NCBI GenBank assembly: GCA_005882335.1
Contig: VBAP01000060.1
Location: 850 to 64,849 of the forward strand
Reading direction: 5' to 3'
DNA length: 64,000 bases
Origin: Candidatus Segetimicrobium genomatis
Lineage (GTDB): Bacteria > Sysuimicrobiota > Sysuimicrobiia > Sysuimicrobiales > Kaftiobacteriaceae
Of the stretch, positions 53,735 through 62,978 are shown piece after piece. A program made the translations under genes and the position numbers. Below the pieces are notes generated by a model that did not search any database, was not told where the DNA came from, and was given only the letters and a program-made list of their open reading frames with translations. The number at the start of each line of letters is the position of its first letter. Position 1 is the stretch's first letter.

Positions 53735-55496
53735 GTCGCTCAAAGTGGTCATCCTGACCGGACAAGACTCCCCGCTTACCTGCTCGATCGTCTCGACCCT
53801 GGCGCACCTCCCGGAGGCGCAGGTGGCCGGCATCATGATCGACTCCGGACGCGTCTCTGTCAAAGCCCGGCTGCGCAAGCTGCGGCGCAATGTGCGACGA
53901 CAAGGGTGGTCCTACCTCTGGTTTCGGTGGTGTGGTGCGATCACCGACTGGCTGGAACGGCTCGCTGCCGGCGTGGTGCCCAAGTCAGAGGTTTCCACGC
54001 TGTTCGCCGCGGCGTTTCCCGGTCAGGCCCTGACCCTTGATCAGCTCGGCATGCTGCATCGGATTCCGGTCTTTCGTGTAGACAACCTCAATAGTGCAAT
54101 CGCCGCCGAGATCCTCCGGCGCCTGACTCCGGATTTGGGTGTCGTGATTGGTACCAGGATCCTGAAACGGTCGACATTTTCCGTCCCCCGCATCGGCTGT
54201 CTGAACCTTCATCTCGGCAAGGTCCCTCAGTACCGGGGGATGCCCCCCGGCTTTTGGGAGCTGTATGACGGGTACCTCAGCGCCGGCGTGACCGTGCACC
54301 TGGTTGACGACGGCCTCGATACAGGCGATATCGTGGCAGAGGAAACCCTCTCCGTCCACGACCGAGACACACCCGAGACCCTCAAACGGAGGCTCGAGGC
54401 CCGGGGCCGCGAGGTGCTCGTGCAGTCCGTCGTGGCGCTCGCGCACGGGGTGGTCACCCCGAAGGCGCAGCCTGCCGGCCGGTGGCCGGTACGAACTGCA
54501 CCCACCCGCCGCGAGCGGAAGGAGCTGGCGCGGCGGCTCCCAGCGATGCGGGAGCGCCAGGCGATCTGGATGCACGCGCTCAAGACGGCGTATTACCTCC
54601 TCTTGTACTACGCGGGCCTACCATCGCTGTTTCGCACCGTGCGGAGAATCCGTGGGAAAAGCCGCGCCTGCATCCTCCTGTATCACCGGGTGAACGATCT
54701 GGCCGATGACCCGCTGACCACGGACGTGCGCCGATTCGCAGAGCACATGATGGTCCTGCGCAAGTCCTATGCCATGGTTCCGAGCTCGGTGCTTGTGGCC
54801 AAGGTCTGTGGCGGGCAAATGTTCCAAACCAACGCGGTGACCATCCATTTCGACGACTGCTACAGAGATGTGTTCGTGAACGCCAGGCCCGTGCTCGGCG
54901 CCCTCGCCGCCCCGGCCACGCTGTTTGTGTCATCTGGCTATGTGGGGACGCAACGACGGTTTCCGCACGATGAATCCGGCCCATGGATCTTCGAGAACCT
55001 GCATCCCGAGGAGGTGCGGGAACTGATCGCCTGCGGCTTCGAGGTCGGCTCGCACACCGTCAATCATGTCGATTTGGGCCAGGTGAGTGACGACACCGCC
55101 GCGACAGAGTTGACCCAGAGCAAGCGCGACCTGGAGGCGATGACCGGCCGCCCGGTGACGCTCTTTTCCTTCCCGTTTGGACGCGAGACGAATATCCGCC
55201 CGGGAGTCACCGCGTTGGTCCGCCAGGCAGGGTATCGGGCCATGTTCTCGGCCCATGGAGGCTATGTAACCCGCGCATCGGACCCCTTCGACCTGCCCAG
55301 GGTCGGGGCCAGCGGCGACACGCGGCCGCTCGACCTGATCATGGAGATCGAGGGGCTGTCGCTCGGTGCGCTGCGACGGCGGTGGAGGAGGGCGTGGTGG
55401 TTCTGCAAGAAGCCCTCGGCTTCCCGCTCGCCAGAACGGACACCATCACCACAGCCAGACGATGCCAGACTCATTCGTGAGGAGGAAATGACGTGA
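53727..55496 (+). CDS. Formyltransferase fused to a NodB-type polysaccharide deacetylase
   Basis: Start ATG 53727; LNLHLGKVPQYRG and VHLVDDGLDTG (formyltransferase); LLYHRV, HFDDCY, GSHTVNH, FPFG (CE4). Confidence 0.85.
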   Translation: MPESLKVVILTGQDSPLTCSIVSTLAHLPEAQVAGIMIDSGRVSVKARLRKLRRNVRRQGWSYLWFRWCGAITDWLERLAAGVVPKSEVSTLFAAAFPGQALTLDQLGMLHRIPVFRVDNLNSAIAAEILRRLTPDLGVVIGTRILKRSTFSVPRIGCLNLHLGKVPQYRGMPPGFWELYDGYLSAGVTVHLVDDGLDTGDIVAEETLSVHDRDTPETLKRRLEARGREVLVQSVVALAHGVVTPKAQPAGRWPVRTAPTRRERKELARRLPAMRERQAIWMHALKTAYYLLLYYAGLPSLFRTVRRIRGKSRACILLYHRVNDLADDPLTTDVRRFAEHMMVLRKSYAMVPSSVLVAKVCGGQMFQTNAVTIHFDDCYRDVFVNARPVLGALAAPATLFVSSGYVGTQRRFPHDESGPWIFENLHPEEVRELIACGFEVGSHTVNHVDLGQVSDDTAATELTQSKRDLEAMTGRPVTLFSFPFGRETNIRPGVTALVRQAGYRAMFSAHGGYVTRASDPFDLPRVGASGDTRPLDLIMEIEGLSLGALRRRWRRAWWFCKKPSASRSPERTPSPQPDDARLIREEEMT

Positions 55497-56878
55497 AGAC
55501 GTGCCTGAGGTTGCTGCTCCTGGGTGTGATCGTCTTTGGGTGGCCTGTGGGGGGAGTCAACGCCGCCGGGTCGCTCGTCGTGACCCCGGACACCCCCACG
55601 ATCACCGTGGGGCAGACCCAGCAGTTCAGCGCGAGCGGGGTCAGCCCCGCCATCGCGGTGTCCGGGGGTGGATTTCACACCTGCGCACTTCTCGCGGACG
55701 GCACCGTGCATTGCTGGGGGCGGAACGACTACGGGCAGCTGGGGAACGGAACCAGCGTGTCGTCCCCCACAGCACTGGCCGTTCCCGGCATCGCCACCGC
55801 CATCGCGGTGAGCGCGGGAGGCTATCACACCTGCGCGCTGCTTGCTGATGGCAGAATCCTGTGTTGGGGGGCCGATGACTTCGGGCAGCTGGGGAATGGG
55901 ACGCGAACCCATTCGTCCACCGTCCCCGTAGAGGTCGCAGGAATCACCACGGCGACCGCTGTCTCCGCCGGCGCCTTCCATACCTGCGCGGTGCTGGCGG
56001 ACGGGTCGGTCCGTTGCTGGGGATGGAACGACCTCGGGCAGCTCGGCAACGGGACCGTGTTAGCCTCTGCCACTCCCACCCAGGTCACCGGCATCTATAC
56101 CGCGAGCACGGTCAGCGCGGGCGGTTACCACACCTGCGCGGTGCTGGCGGATGGGTCCATGCGCTGCTGGGGACGGAACGATAACGGACAGCTTGGGAAC
56201 GGCACGTTTACCCCGTCGGCCGTCGCCGCGGGCATGGGGGCCGGTGGCGCCGTGCCGGTTCCAACGGTCGTCGTGGGCATCTCCACCGCGGTCGCGGCGA
56301 GCAGCGGGTTCATGCACACCTGCGCCGTGCTGTCGGAGGCGACGGTGCGGTGCTGGGGATGGAACGCTTATGGCCAGTTTGGCAACGGCACCGCTGCGGG
56401 GTCGGCCATACCGACTGAGCCTGTTGGACTTGATCCCACCTCCGCAGTCTCGGCCAGCGAGTGGCACACCTGCGCGCTGCTGTCCGGCGGCGCTCTTCGA
56501 TGCTGGGGGAGCAATGACTACGGGCAGCTCGGCAACGGCAGCACGACCCCTGCCTTCACTCCGGTGGCGGTCTCTGGTGTGACGGCGGCCACCAGCATCA
56601 CGACCGGGAACATCCACACCTGCGCCCTGCTCAGTGACGGGGCGGTGCAGTGCTGGGGCAGCAACGATTACGGGCAACTGGGCGATGGGACCACAACGCA
56701 GTCCTCTGTGCCTGTGACCGTCATCGGGAGCCGGGTGACGTGGGCGAGCAGCGATCCCGGCGTCGCGACCATCGACACGACCGGGCTGGCCACAGGGGCT
56801 GCCCCCGGGTCGTCGACAATTACAGCGTCCTCCTGGGACCGCTGCGGAAGCACGACCCTGACCGTCGCTTCGCTATAA
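55493..56878 (+). CDS. Secreted RCC1-repeat protein with a split Ig-like (Big_2) domain
   Basis: Signal peptide; seven HTCA...CWG...GQ(L/F)G repeats; Big_2-like segments on both sides. Confidence 0.85.
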   Translation: MKTCLRLLLLGVIVFGWPVGGVNAAGSLVVTPDTPTITVGQTQQFSASGVSPAIAVSGGGFHTCALLADGTVHCWGRNDYGQLGNGTSVSSPTALAVPGIATAIAVSAGGYHTCALLADGRILCWGADDFGQLGNGTRTHSSTVPVEVAGITTATAVSAGAFHTCAVLADGSVRCWGWNDLGQLGNGTVLASATPTQVTGIYTASTVSAGGYHTCAVLADGSMRCWGRNDNGQLGNGTFTPSAVAAGMGAGGAVPVPTVVVGISTAVAASSGFMHTCAVLSEATVRCWGWNAYGQFGNGTAAGSAIPTEPVGLDPTSAVSASEWHTCALLSGGALRCWGSNDYGQLGNGSTTPAFTPVAVSGVTAATSITTGNIHTCALLSDGAVQCWGSNDYGQLGDGTTTQSSVPVTVIGSRVTWASSDPGVATIDTTGLATGAAPGSSTITASSWDRCGSTTLTVASL

Positions 56879-56879
56879 A

Positions 56880-57965
56880 GTGACTGCGTTTCGCGAGTTG
56901 ATCTGTTTCGGCGAGGACTGGGGGCGGCATCCCACCATCTGGATCAACTCTCTGGGCTGGCGCACCCCCCGGCTCAGCTCACAAGACGTGGCCCGAGTCA
57001 TGGGCAAGGTGCGCGCCGCGGCCAGGGGCGTGCAGCGGCCGGATCCGAACCTGATGGTCTACACGCCGCTGGTCATGCCGTGGTACCGCTCCGCGCTCGT
57101 CCGTGACGTGAACGCTCGCTTCCTGCGGCGGGCTATCCGCAGCCTGGCCCGGCGCCACGGGTTCTCCCGGTATTCGCTGATGACCACCTATCCGGCCGTA
57201 GCGGAAGTGTTCGAACAGATGCGGGACGTACGGCGAGTGTACTATTGCGCCGACGAATACACCACGCGTCCCGAACTGCAACCCCAGCTGGCGAAGGCGT
57301 TGGAGACCAGGCTGCTGGCGGCCGTCGACGTGGTAGTGACAACGTCTCGGGCGCTCTTCGAGGCCAAGTCGGGGCTGCATTCGCACGTGGTCTATCTGCC
57401 GCATGGGGTGGACGTCGAGGGTTTCGCCAAGGCGGCAGATCCTGCGACGCCCATCCCAGACGAGCTTCAGGCGCTGCCCCGGCCAGTGATCGGATTCCAC
57501 GGGCTGATCGGAAACTTGATCGACCTCGACATCATCGACACGATCGCCGCGCGGCGGCCGGAGTGGTCGGTGGTGATGCTGGGTCCGACCAGCGTCTACA
57601 CGCCGCTGCTCCCACACCGGGCCAACATCCACTACCTGGGGGAGCGCCCCCATGACGAGATCCCCGCGTACCTCCGGGCGTTCGACGTGTGTCTGATGCC
57701 GTACCGTGTTGTGCCGGCACTGACCTATGCGAACCCGGTGAAACTCCGGGAGTACCTGGCGGCGGGGAAGCCGATCGTGTCCGCGCGGGTCCCTGAGGCG
57801 CTCCAGTTCGGGTCGCTGCTGCAGATTGCCGATTCCGCCGACGAGTTTGTTCTCAAGATCGAGCGCTGCCTATCCGAAGACCCCTCACTCGTGGCTCGGC
57901 GGATGGCGAGCGTGCGGAATCAGACCTGGGCCTCTCGCGCCGCGGAACTCGCCGCCGTGCTGTGA
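56880..57965 (+). CDS. GT-B glycosyltransferase (GT4-like)
   Basis: YYCADEY, PHGVD, PVIGFHG, FDVCLMPY, NPVKLREYLAAGKP. Confidence 0.82.
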   Translation: MTAFRELICFGEDWGRHPTIWINSLGWRTPRLSSQDVARVMGKVRAAARGVQRPDPNLMVYTPLVMPWYRSALVRDVNARFLRRAIRSLARRHGFSRYSLMTTYPAVAEVFEQMRDVRRVYYCADEYTTRPELQPQLAKALETRLLAAVDVVVTTSRALFEAKSGLHSHVVYLPHGVDVEGFAKAADPATPIPDELQALPRPVIGFHGLIGNLIDLDIIDTIAARRPEWSVVMLGPTSVYTPLLPHRANIHYLGERPHDEIPAYLRAFDVCLMPYRVVPALTYANPVKLREYLAAGKPIVSARVPEALQFGSLLQIADSADEFVLKIERCLSEDPSLVARRMASVRNQTWASRAAELAAVL

Positions 57966-59140
57966 GATCTCTCATGCGGGTGATGATCGTCATCGACGCT
58001 CGCCGGGTGTCCGGGCCCGCAAAGGGCGTCCTGGACTTCTGCGAATCTGTCCGCGGTCGTGTTGACCCTGTTGTCGTCGCCTTCCAGCGGGGCGCCGAGG
58101 GCACCGAGTTTCAGCATGAATGCCGGCGCCGCAGCATCCGGGTGGAGGTGGTCCGGGAACGGTACCGATACGACGTGTCACTGGTGAGCCGGACGCTGCG
58201 ACTGGCGCGCGTCCTTCGCCCGCATCTCGTGCAGACGCACGGGTACAAGGCCGATCTCCTCGGTTTCGCTATCCGCCGGTCTCTGGGAATCCCCTGGGTG
58301 GCCTTCAACCACGGACCGACGGATGAGGGAACCAGAATGCGGTTGTACCTCGCGCTAGACTCTGTGCTGCTCCGTCGGGCCGACCAGGTGGTCGCAGTCT
58401 CCGAAGCCCGACGGACCGCGATGGTGCGGACTGGGTGCCCGCCCGCACGGCTGGTGACGATTCACAATGCGGTGGAGATCCCCCAGATGGGTCAGGTCGG
58501 TGTGAGCCAGGTGCGACACGAGCTTGGGCTTCCATCTGACGGGCCCGTGCTCGCCGTGGTGGGACGCCTGAGCCCTGAGAAGGGACAGGGGTACTTTGTG
58601 GACGCCATGGCGGAAGTCTCCCGCGCCGTTCCCGGGGTACGAGGGCTGATTGTCGGAGAGGGACCAGAGGAGGGACGGCTGCGCGGTAGAGTCGCGGCGC
58701 TGGGAATGCAGAATGTCATCCATTTCCTGGGCTATCGCCGGGACATGGATCGCATCTATGCGGCGATCGACCTGTTGGTGCTGCCCTCGCTCAGCGAAGG
58801 CCTGCCCAACGTCGTCCTCGAGGCGATGGCGCACGGACGGCCAGTCGTCGGGACCCGTGTCGGCGGGGTGCCAGAGGTGATTGACGACGGCGTCACCGGC
58901 TGGCTCGTCGCCGCCGCAGACGCTCCCGCCCTGCCCCAAGCCACCCTGACGCTCCTCCGCGATCCGGCCCGCTGCGCTGCTATGGGTCGGGCTGCGAGCG
59001 AACGCATCAACCGCAACTTCTCCCTGGGGGCGCGAGCGGAGCGGATCCTGACCCTCTACGAGGACATGCTCCAACACCACACCGACCGCGGCACGCTCGC
59101 GGAGATACGCCTTACGGATCGATCCGCCGAGGTGCGCTGA
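57962..59140 (+). CDS. GT4 glycosyltransferase
   Basis: THGYKAD, GRLSPEKG, PSLSEGLPNVVLEAMA. Confidence 0.88.
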   Translation: MRSLMRVMIVIDARRVSGPAKGVLDFCESVRGRVDPVVVAFQRGAEGTEFQHECRRRSIRVEVVRERYRYDVSLVSRTLRLARVLRPHLVQTHGYKADLLGFAIRRSLGIPWVAFNHGPTDEGTRMRLYLALDSVLLRRADQVVAVSEARRTAMVRTGCPPARLVTIHNAVEIPQMGQVGVSQVRHELGLPSDGPVLAVVGRLSPEKGQGYFVDAMAEVSRAVPGVRGLIVGEGPEEGRLRGRVAALGMQNVIHFLGYRRDMDRIYAAIDLLVLPSLSEGLPNVVLEAMAHGRPVVGTRVGGVPEVIDDGVTGWLVAAADAPALPQATLTLLRDPARCAAMGRAASERINRNFSLGARAERILTLYEDMLQHHTDRGTLAEIRLTDRSAEVR

Positions 59141-59144
59141 CAAC

Positions 59145-61025
59145 ATGTGCGGGATTGCCGGACAGGTGGCTCTGCAGCGCGACCGGGGCGTCGATCTTGC
59201 GGCCGTCCGCGCGATGACACGGGCGCTCGCCCACCGCGGGCCAGACGGCGAGGGCGAGTATCTTGCTCCCGCGGGCCGCGCTGCGCTGGGACACCGTCGC
59301 TTGAGCATCATCGACCTGGTTTCGGGCGGCCAGCCGATTTTTAACGAGGACCGCTCCATCGCCGTAGTGTTGAATGGCGAAATCTACAACTTCGCCTCCC
59401 TGCGCGCCGCTTTGGAGAAAGCCGGACATCGCTTCACGACTCGTTCCGACACCGAAGTCATCGTGCACCTCTACGAAGACCGAGGCGTGGACTGTGTCAG
59501 GGAACTGCGGGGCATGTTTGCATTTTTGCTGTGGGATGACCGGCAGGGACGGCTCCTCGCCGCCCGCGACCCCATCGGGAAAAAGCCCCTCTACTACGTG
59601 GAGCAGGGGGGGCTGTTGTCGTTCGCTTCGGAGATCACAGCCCTCTTTCAACTTCCCGATCTGCCGTGGCGACTCGACCCGGCAGCGATCGACCTGTACC
59701 TGTCGCATTCGTACATCCCCAGCCCGGCGACGATCCTCGACGCCGTGCGAAAGCTACCGGCGGCGCACCTCCTCGTGGTCGAGCGCGGGGCCGTCACTCT
59801 CAGTCGCTACTGGAGCCCGCCACAGGAGACCGTGGCGCTCGCGGCGGACGCAGAGCAACGGCTGGTCCACGCCCTGGAGGAGGCCGTCCGGCTCCGGCTC
59901 GTGGCCGACGTCCCCGTGGGGTGCTTTCTGAGCGGCGGCGTCGACTCGAGCGTGGTCGTCGCCCTGATGTCGCGCCTGAGTTCCAAGCCGGTCTGCACCT
60001 TCTCTATCGGCTTCGATCGCGAGGAGTACACCGAACTCCCTCATGCCCGTCGTGTGGCTGAGCTGTTCAACACCGATCACCACGAGTTCGTTGTGAAGCC
60101 CGATGCGGCCGGCGTGCTGCCCGACCTGGTGGCCAGCTTCGGCGAGCCGTTCGGCGACGCGTCTGCGCTGCCGGTGTGGTACGTGGCCCAACTCGCGCGC
60201 CGGCATGTGACGGTGGCCTTGAACGGCGACGGCGGCGACGAGTTGTTTGCCGGGTACCCCTGGTATGCGACCGGCGCCCGGCTGGCCGCGGCCGCGCAGT
60301 GGATCCCTCCTCTGGCGCAGGCGGTGCTGCGTCGCGACCCGGCACGCCGGTGGGTTCATGCACTTCCCCGCCGCGCCGCAAAGGGGCTCGATCTCGCCAG
60401 CCGCGACGACGCCGCTCGTTTCGCGGCGCTCCGCCGGACGCTGGAAGAGCCAGTGCGGGCGGGACTCTACACATCCCAGTTCGCGGCGCGGGTGGACGGC
60501 GCTGCGCTGGCCTACCTCGAGCAGACCTATCGCCAGGTGGGCGCGCGCGACCTGTTGCAGGCGATGACGCTGACGGACATGACCACCTACCTCCCCGAGG
60601 ACCTGCTGGTGAAGGTCGACCGCGCCACGATGGCCCACGCGCTGGAAGCTCGATCGCCGTTCCTGGACACCGATGTCGTCGAGCTGGCTCTGACGCTGCC
60701 GGCCAGGCTCAAGCGCGATGGGAATGGGACCAAGCGTATTGTGAAGAAACTCTTCGGGCCGCTGTTCCCGCCGGGGTTCCTGGAGCGCCCGAAGATGGGG
60801 TTTAGCCTGCCCGTGGACGAGTGGCTCCGCGGCGAGCTGCGGGGCCGGCTCGAGGCGCGGCTCTTGACGGGTGCGCTGGTCGACGCTGGGATCGTCCAGC
60901 CCACTATGATCAGGCGGTTGGTGAGCGAGCACGACGCCGGGCGATCCCGCGGGTCGGTGCTGTGGACGCTCCTCATGCTCGCAGAATGGTTCGAACGCTT
61001 CGGAGGGTCGGCCCGCTGGTCATAG
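59145..61025 (+). CDS. asnB: Asparagine synthase-like glutamine amidotransferase (copy 2)
   Basis: MCGIAG, HRGPD, RRLSIID, NGEIYN, LSGGVDS, GDGGDE, EARSPFLD. Confidence 0.9.
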   Translation: MCGIAGQVALQRDRGVDLAAVRAMTRALAHRGPDGEGEYLAPAGRAALGHRRLSIIDLVSGGQPIFNEDRSIAVVLNGEIYNFASLRAALEKAGHRFTTRSDTEVIVHLYEDRGVDCVRELRGMFAFLLWDDRQGRLLAARDPIGKKPLYYVEQGGLLSFASEITALFQLPDLPWRLDPAAIDLYLSHSYIPSPATILDAVRKLPAAHLLVVERGAVTLSRYWSPPQETVALAADAEQRLVHALEEAVRLRLVADVPVGCFLSGGVDSSVVVALMSRLSSKPVCTFSIGFDREEYTELPHARRVAELFNTDHHEFVVKPDAAGVLPDLVASFGEPFGDASALPVWYVAQLARRHVTVALNGDGGDELFAGYPWYATGARLAAAAQWIPPLAQAVLRRDPARRWVHALPRRAAKGLDLASRDDAARFAALRRTLEEPVRAGLYTSQFAARVDGAALAYLEQTYRQVGARDLLQAMTLTDMTTYLPEDLLVKVDRATMAHALEARSPFLDTDVVELALTLPARLKRDGNGTKRIVKKLFGPLFPPGFLERPKMGFSLPVDEWLRGELRGRLEARLLTGALVDAGIVQPTMIRRLVSEHDAGRSRGSVLWTLLMLAEWFERFGGSARWS

Positions 61026-61048
61026 GGCCAGGCGCGGCCGGTCACCCT

Positions 61049-61948
61049 GTGCTGAACGCACTGACGGTCGATGTGGAAGATTACTATCAGGTATCCGCGT
61101 TTCAGTCCATCGTCAGGTTCGAGACCTGGCCGGCCTACGAGAGCCGCGTCGAGCGCAACACCCACCGGGTGCTGGACCTGTTCGATGAGCACGCGGTGAA
61201 GGCGACGTTCTTCGTCTTGGGGTGGGAGGCGGAGCAGCGGCCGAGGCTGATCGAGGAGATTGCGAACCGAGGCCACGAGGTGGCGTCCCACGGCTACCGG
61301 CACCGCCCAGTCTACTCGATGACGCCGGCCGAGTGCCGGGACGACATCATCCGCGCGAAGCAGGTGCTCGAGGACATCACCGCAGCGCCTGTCCGTGGAT
61401 TCCGAGCGGCGAGCTTCTCGATCGTGGACCGATCGCTCTGGTGCCTCGACATTTTGACCTCGCTCGGCTTCGCCTACGATTCGAGCATCTTTCCCATCCG
61501 TCATGACCGCTATGGGATCGCCGGGGCCAGGAGGTTCCCACACGTCGTGCGGCGGTCGAACGGAGCCATCGTGGAGTTCCCGCTGTCCACCGTCCGGCTG
61601 TGCGGACAGAACATCCCGGTGGCGGGCGGCGGGTACCTGCGTTTCTTCCCCGCTGGCCTGATCGCGGCCGGCATTCGACGGATCAACTCCATGGAGCGCC
61701 AGCCGGCGATCGTCTACCTCCATCCCTGGGAACTTGATCCTGGACAGCCGAGGCTGGGGGGACCGCTCCCGAGGCGGCTCCGTCATTACGCCAACCTGCA
61801 GCGGATGGAGGAAAAGCTGCGCCGCCTGTTGCGTGAGTTTGCGTTTGGCACGGTGAGCACGGCGCTCGCGGCGTGCGGCGCGCTCTCGCCGACGCCGCGC
61901 GGGCAGTGGCAAGAGGCGATTGACGATGAGACCGCGGCGATCCGTTAA
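61049..61948 (+). CDS. Polysaccharide deacetylase (XrtA/PEP-CTERM-associated type, DUF3473-like)
   Basis: NALTVDVEDYY, ATFFVLG, HEVASHGY, GFRAASFS, GGGYLR, YLHPWELDPGQP. Confidence 0.88.
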   Translation: MLNALTVDVEDYYQVSAFQSIVRFETWPAYESRVERNTHRVLDLFDEHAVKATFFVLGWEAEQRPRLIEEIANRGHEVASHGYRHRPVYSMTPAECRDDIIRAKQVLEDITAAPVRGFRAASFSIVDRSLWCLDILTSLGFAYDSSIFPIRHDRYGIAGARRFPHVVRRSNGAIVEFPLSTVRLCGQNIPVAGGGYLRFFPAGLIAAGIRRINSMERQPAIVYLHPWELDPGQPRLGGPLPRRLRHYANLQRMEEKLRRLLREFAFGTVSTALAACGALSPTPRGQWQEAIDDETAAIR

Positions 61949-62978
61949 CTCCGCCTGGATCCTGAGTGTGATGCTGGCGAGTTGGCTGGCCTTCGGCCCT
62001 GCCGCGGGGGCCGAGTCCGACCCGCTCCCGGCGGTCAAGCAGTGGGAGTCTCGCATGGTCTCGGTGGGCCGGACCGTGTGCGACCTGCTCGGACGACCGG
62101 AGAGCACGGACCAGTTGCTGGCGCAAGTCTATTACGACGGGACGCGCGTATTCTTCCAAATGGCTGATTACACCAACGATGCGTCGTGGGTCGCGTGCGC
62201 ACAGCGGGCCGAGGCCGTGTATCGGGATCGATACGTGCTTCCGACCCAGGGCGCCGTCCCCGGTCACTGGAACTTCACCCGCGGCCTGGCTATGGATTAC
62301 CTGCGCAGCGGTGATCCTGCGTCCAGACGCGCGGTGATGCTGCTGGCCGAGAATGCCGCATTTGCGCGGGACGGAACGCCGCCCGCCTGGACGATGCCCG
62401 CCGAGGACAGCCGCGAGGTGGCCTATGCGATCTTGAGCTACCTCGACGCCGAGTCGGTGGGAGCGCCGCGGCGGGCGCGCCTGGCGATGCTGGTGGAGCA
62501 GGCGCTGGGACATCTCGATCAGTGGTTTGGGGCACGGACCGCCCCGGTGATCACGCCGTTTATGGCCGGCCTGACCGCGGAGGCGTTGATCAAGTACTAC
62601 GAGCAGACGCGGGATCCCCGCATCCCGCCGGCGATCAAGCTGGCGCTGAACTGGCTGTGGGCGCACGCGTGGATCTCGGAGAAGGAAGCGTTCTGGTATG
62701 ACAGCCGGGACACGTCCGCCGCGTCGCCCGATTTGAATCTGCTGATCGCGCCGGCGTATGCCTGGCTCTACCATCAGACCGGCGACTCCTTGTATCGGGA
62801 CACCGGGGACCGCATCTTCGCCGGCGGGGTCAAATATGCGTGGCTGGGCGATGGCAAACACTTCAACCAGAACTATCGATGGAGCTTCGACTACGTGAAG
62901 TGGCGGCGGACCACCGGGAGTATGCAGCTCCACACGCGCGCCGCTGCGGTGATCGGTGATGGCCGGGACAGCGACTAA
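61920..62978 (+). CDS. Secreted hypothetical protein, aromatic-rich and probably alpha-helical
   Basis: Signal peptide; motifs YDG.RV, SREVAY, PFMAGLT, PDLNLLIAP, FNQNYRWSFDY shared with the downstream paralog. Confidence 0.7.
   Translation: MTMRPRRSVNSAWILSVMLASWLAFGPAAGAESDPLPAVKQWESRMVSVGRTVCDLLGRPESTDQLLAQVYYDGTRVFFQMADYTNDASWVACAQRAEAVYRDRYVLPTQGAVPGHWNFTRGLAMDYLRSGDPASRRAVMLLAENAAFARDGTPPAWTMPAEDSREVAYAILSYLDAESVGAPRRARLAMLVEQALGHLDQWFGARTAPVITPFMAGLTAEALIKYYEQTRDPRIPPAIKLALNWLWAHAWISEKEAFWYDSRDTSAASPDLNLLIAPAYAWLYHQTGDSLYRDTGDRIFAGGVKYAWLGDGKHFNQNYRWSFDYVKWRRTTGSMQLHTRAAAVIGDGRDSD

Noticed and set aside
55660..56700. Regularly spaced DNA repeats (cacacctgcgc..., tgctgggg...) resembling an array
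   Set aside because: They are degenerate, in frame and explained by RCC1 protein repeats; not CRISPR, and no cas genes are present.
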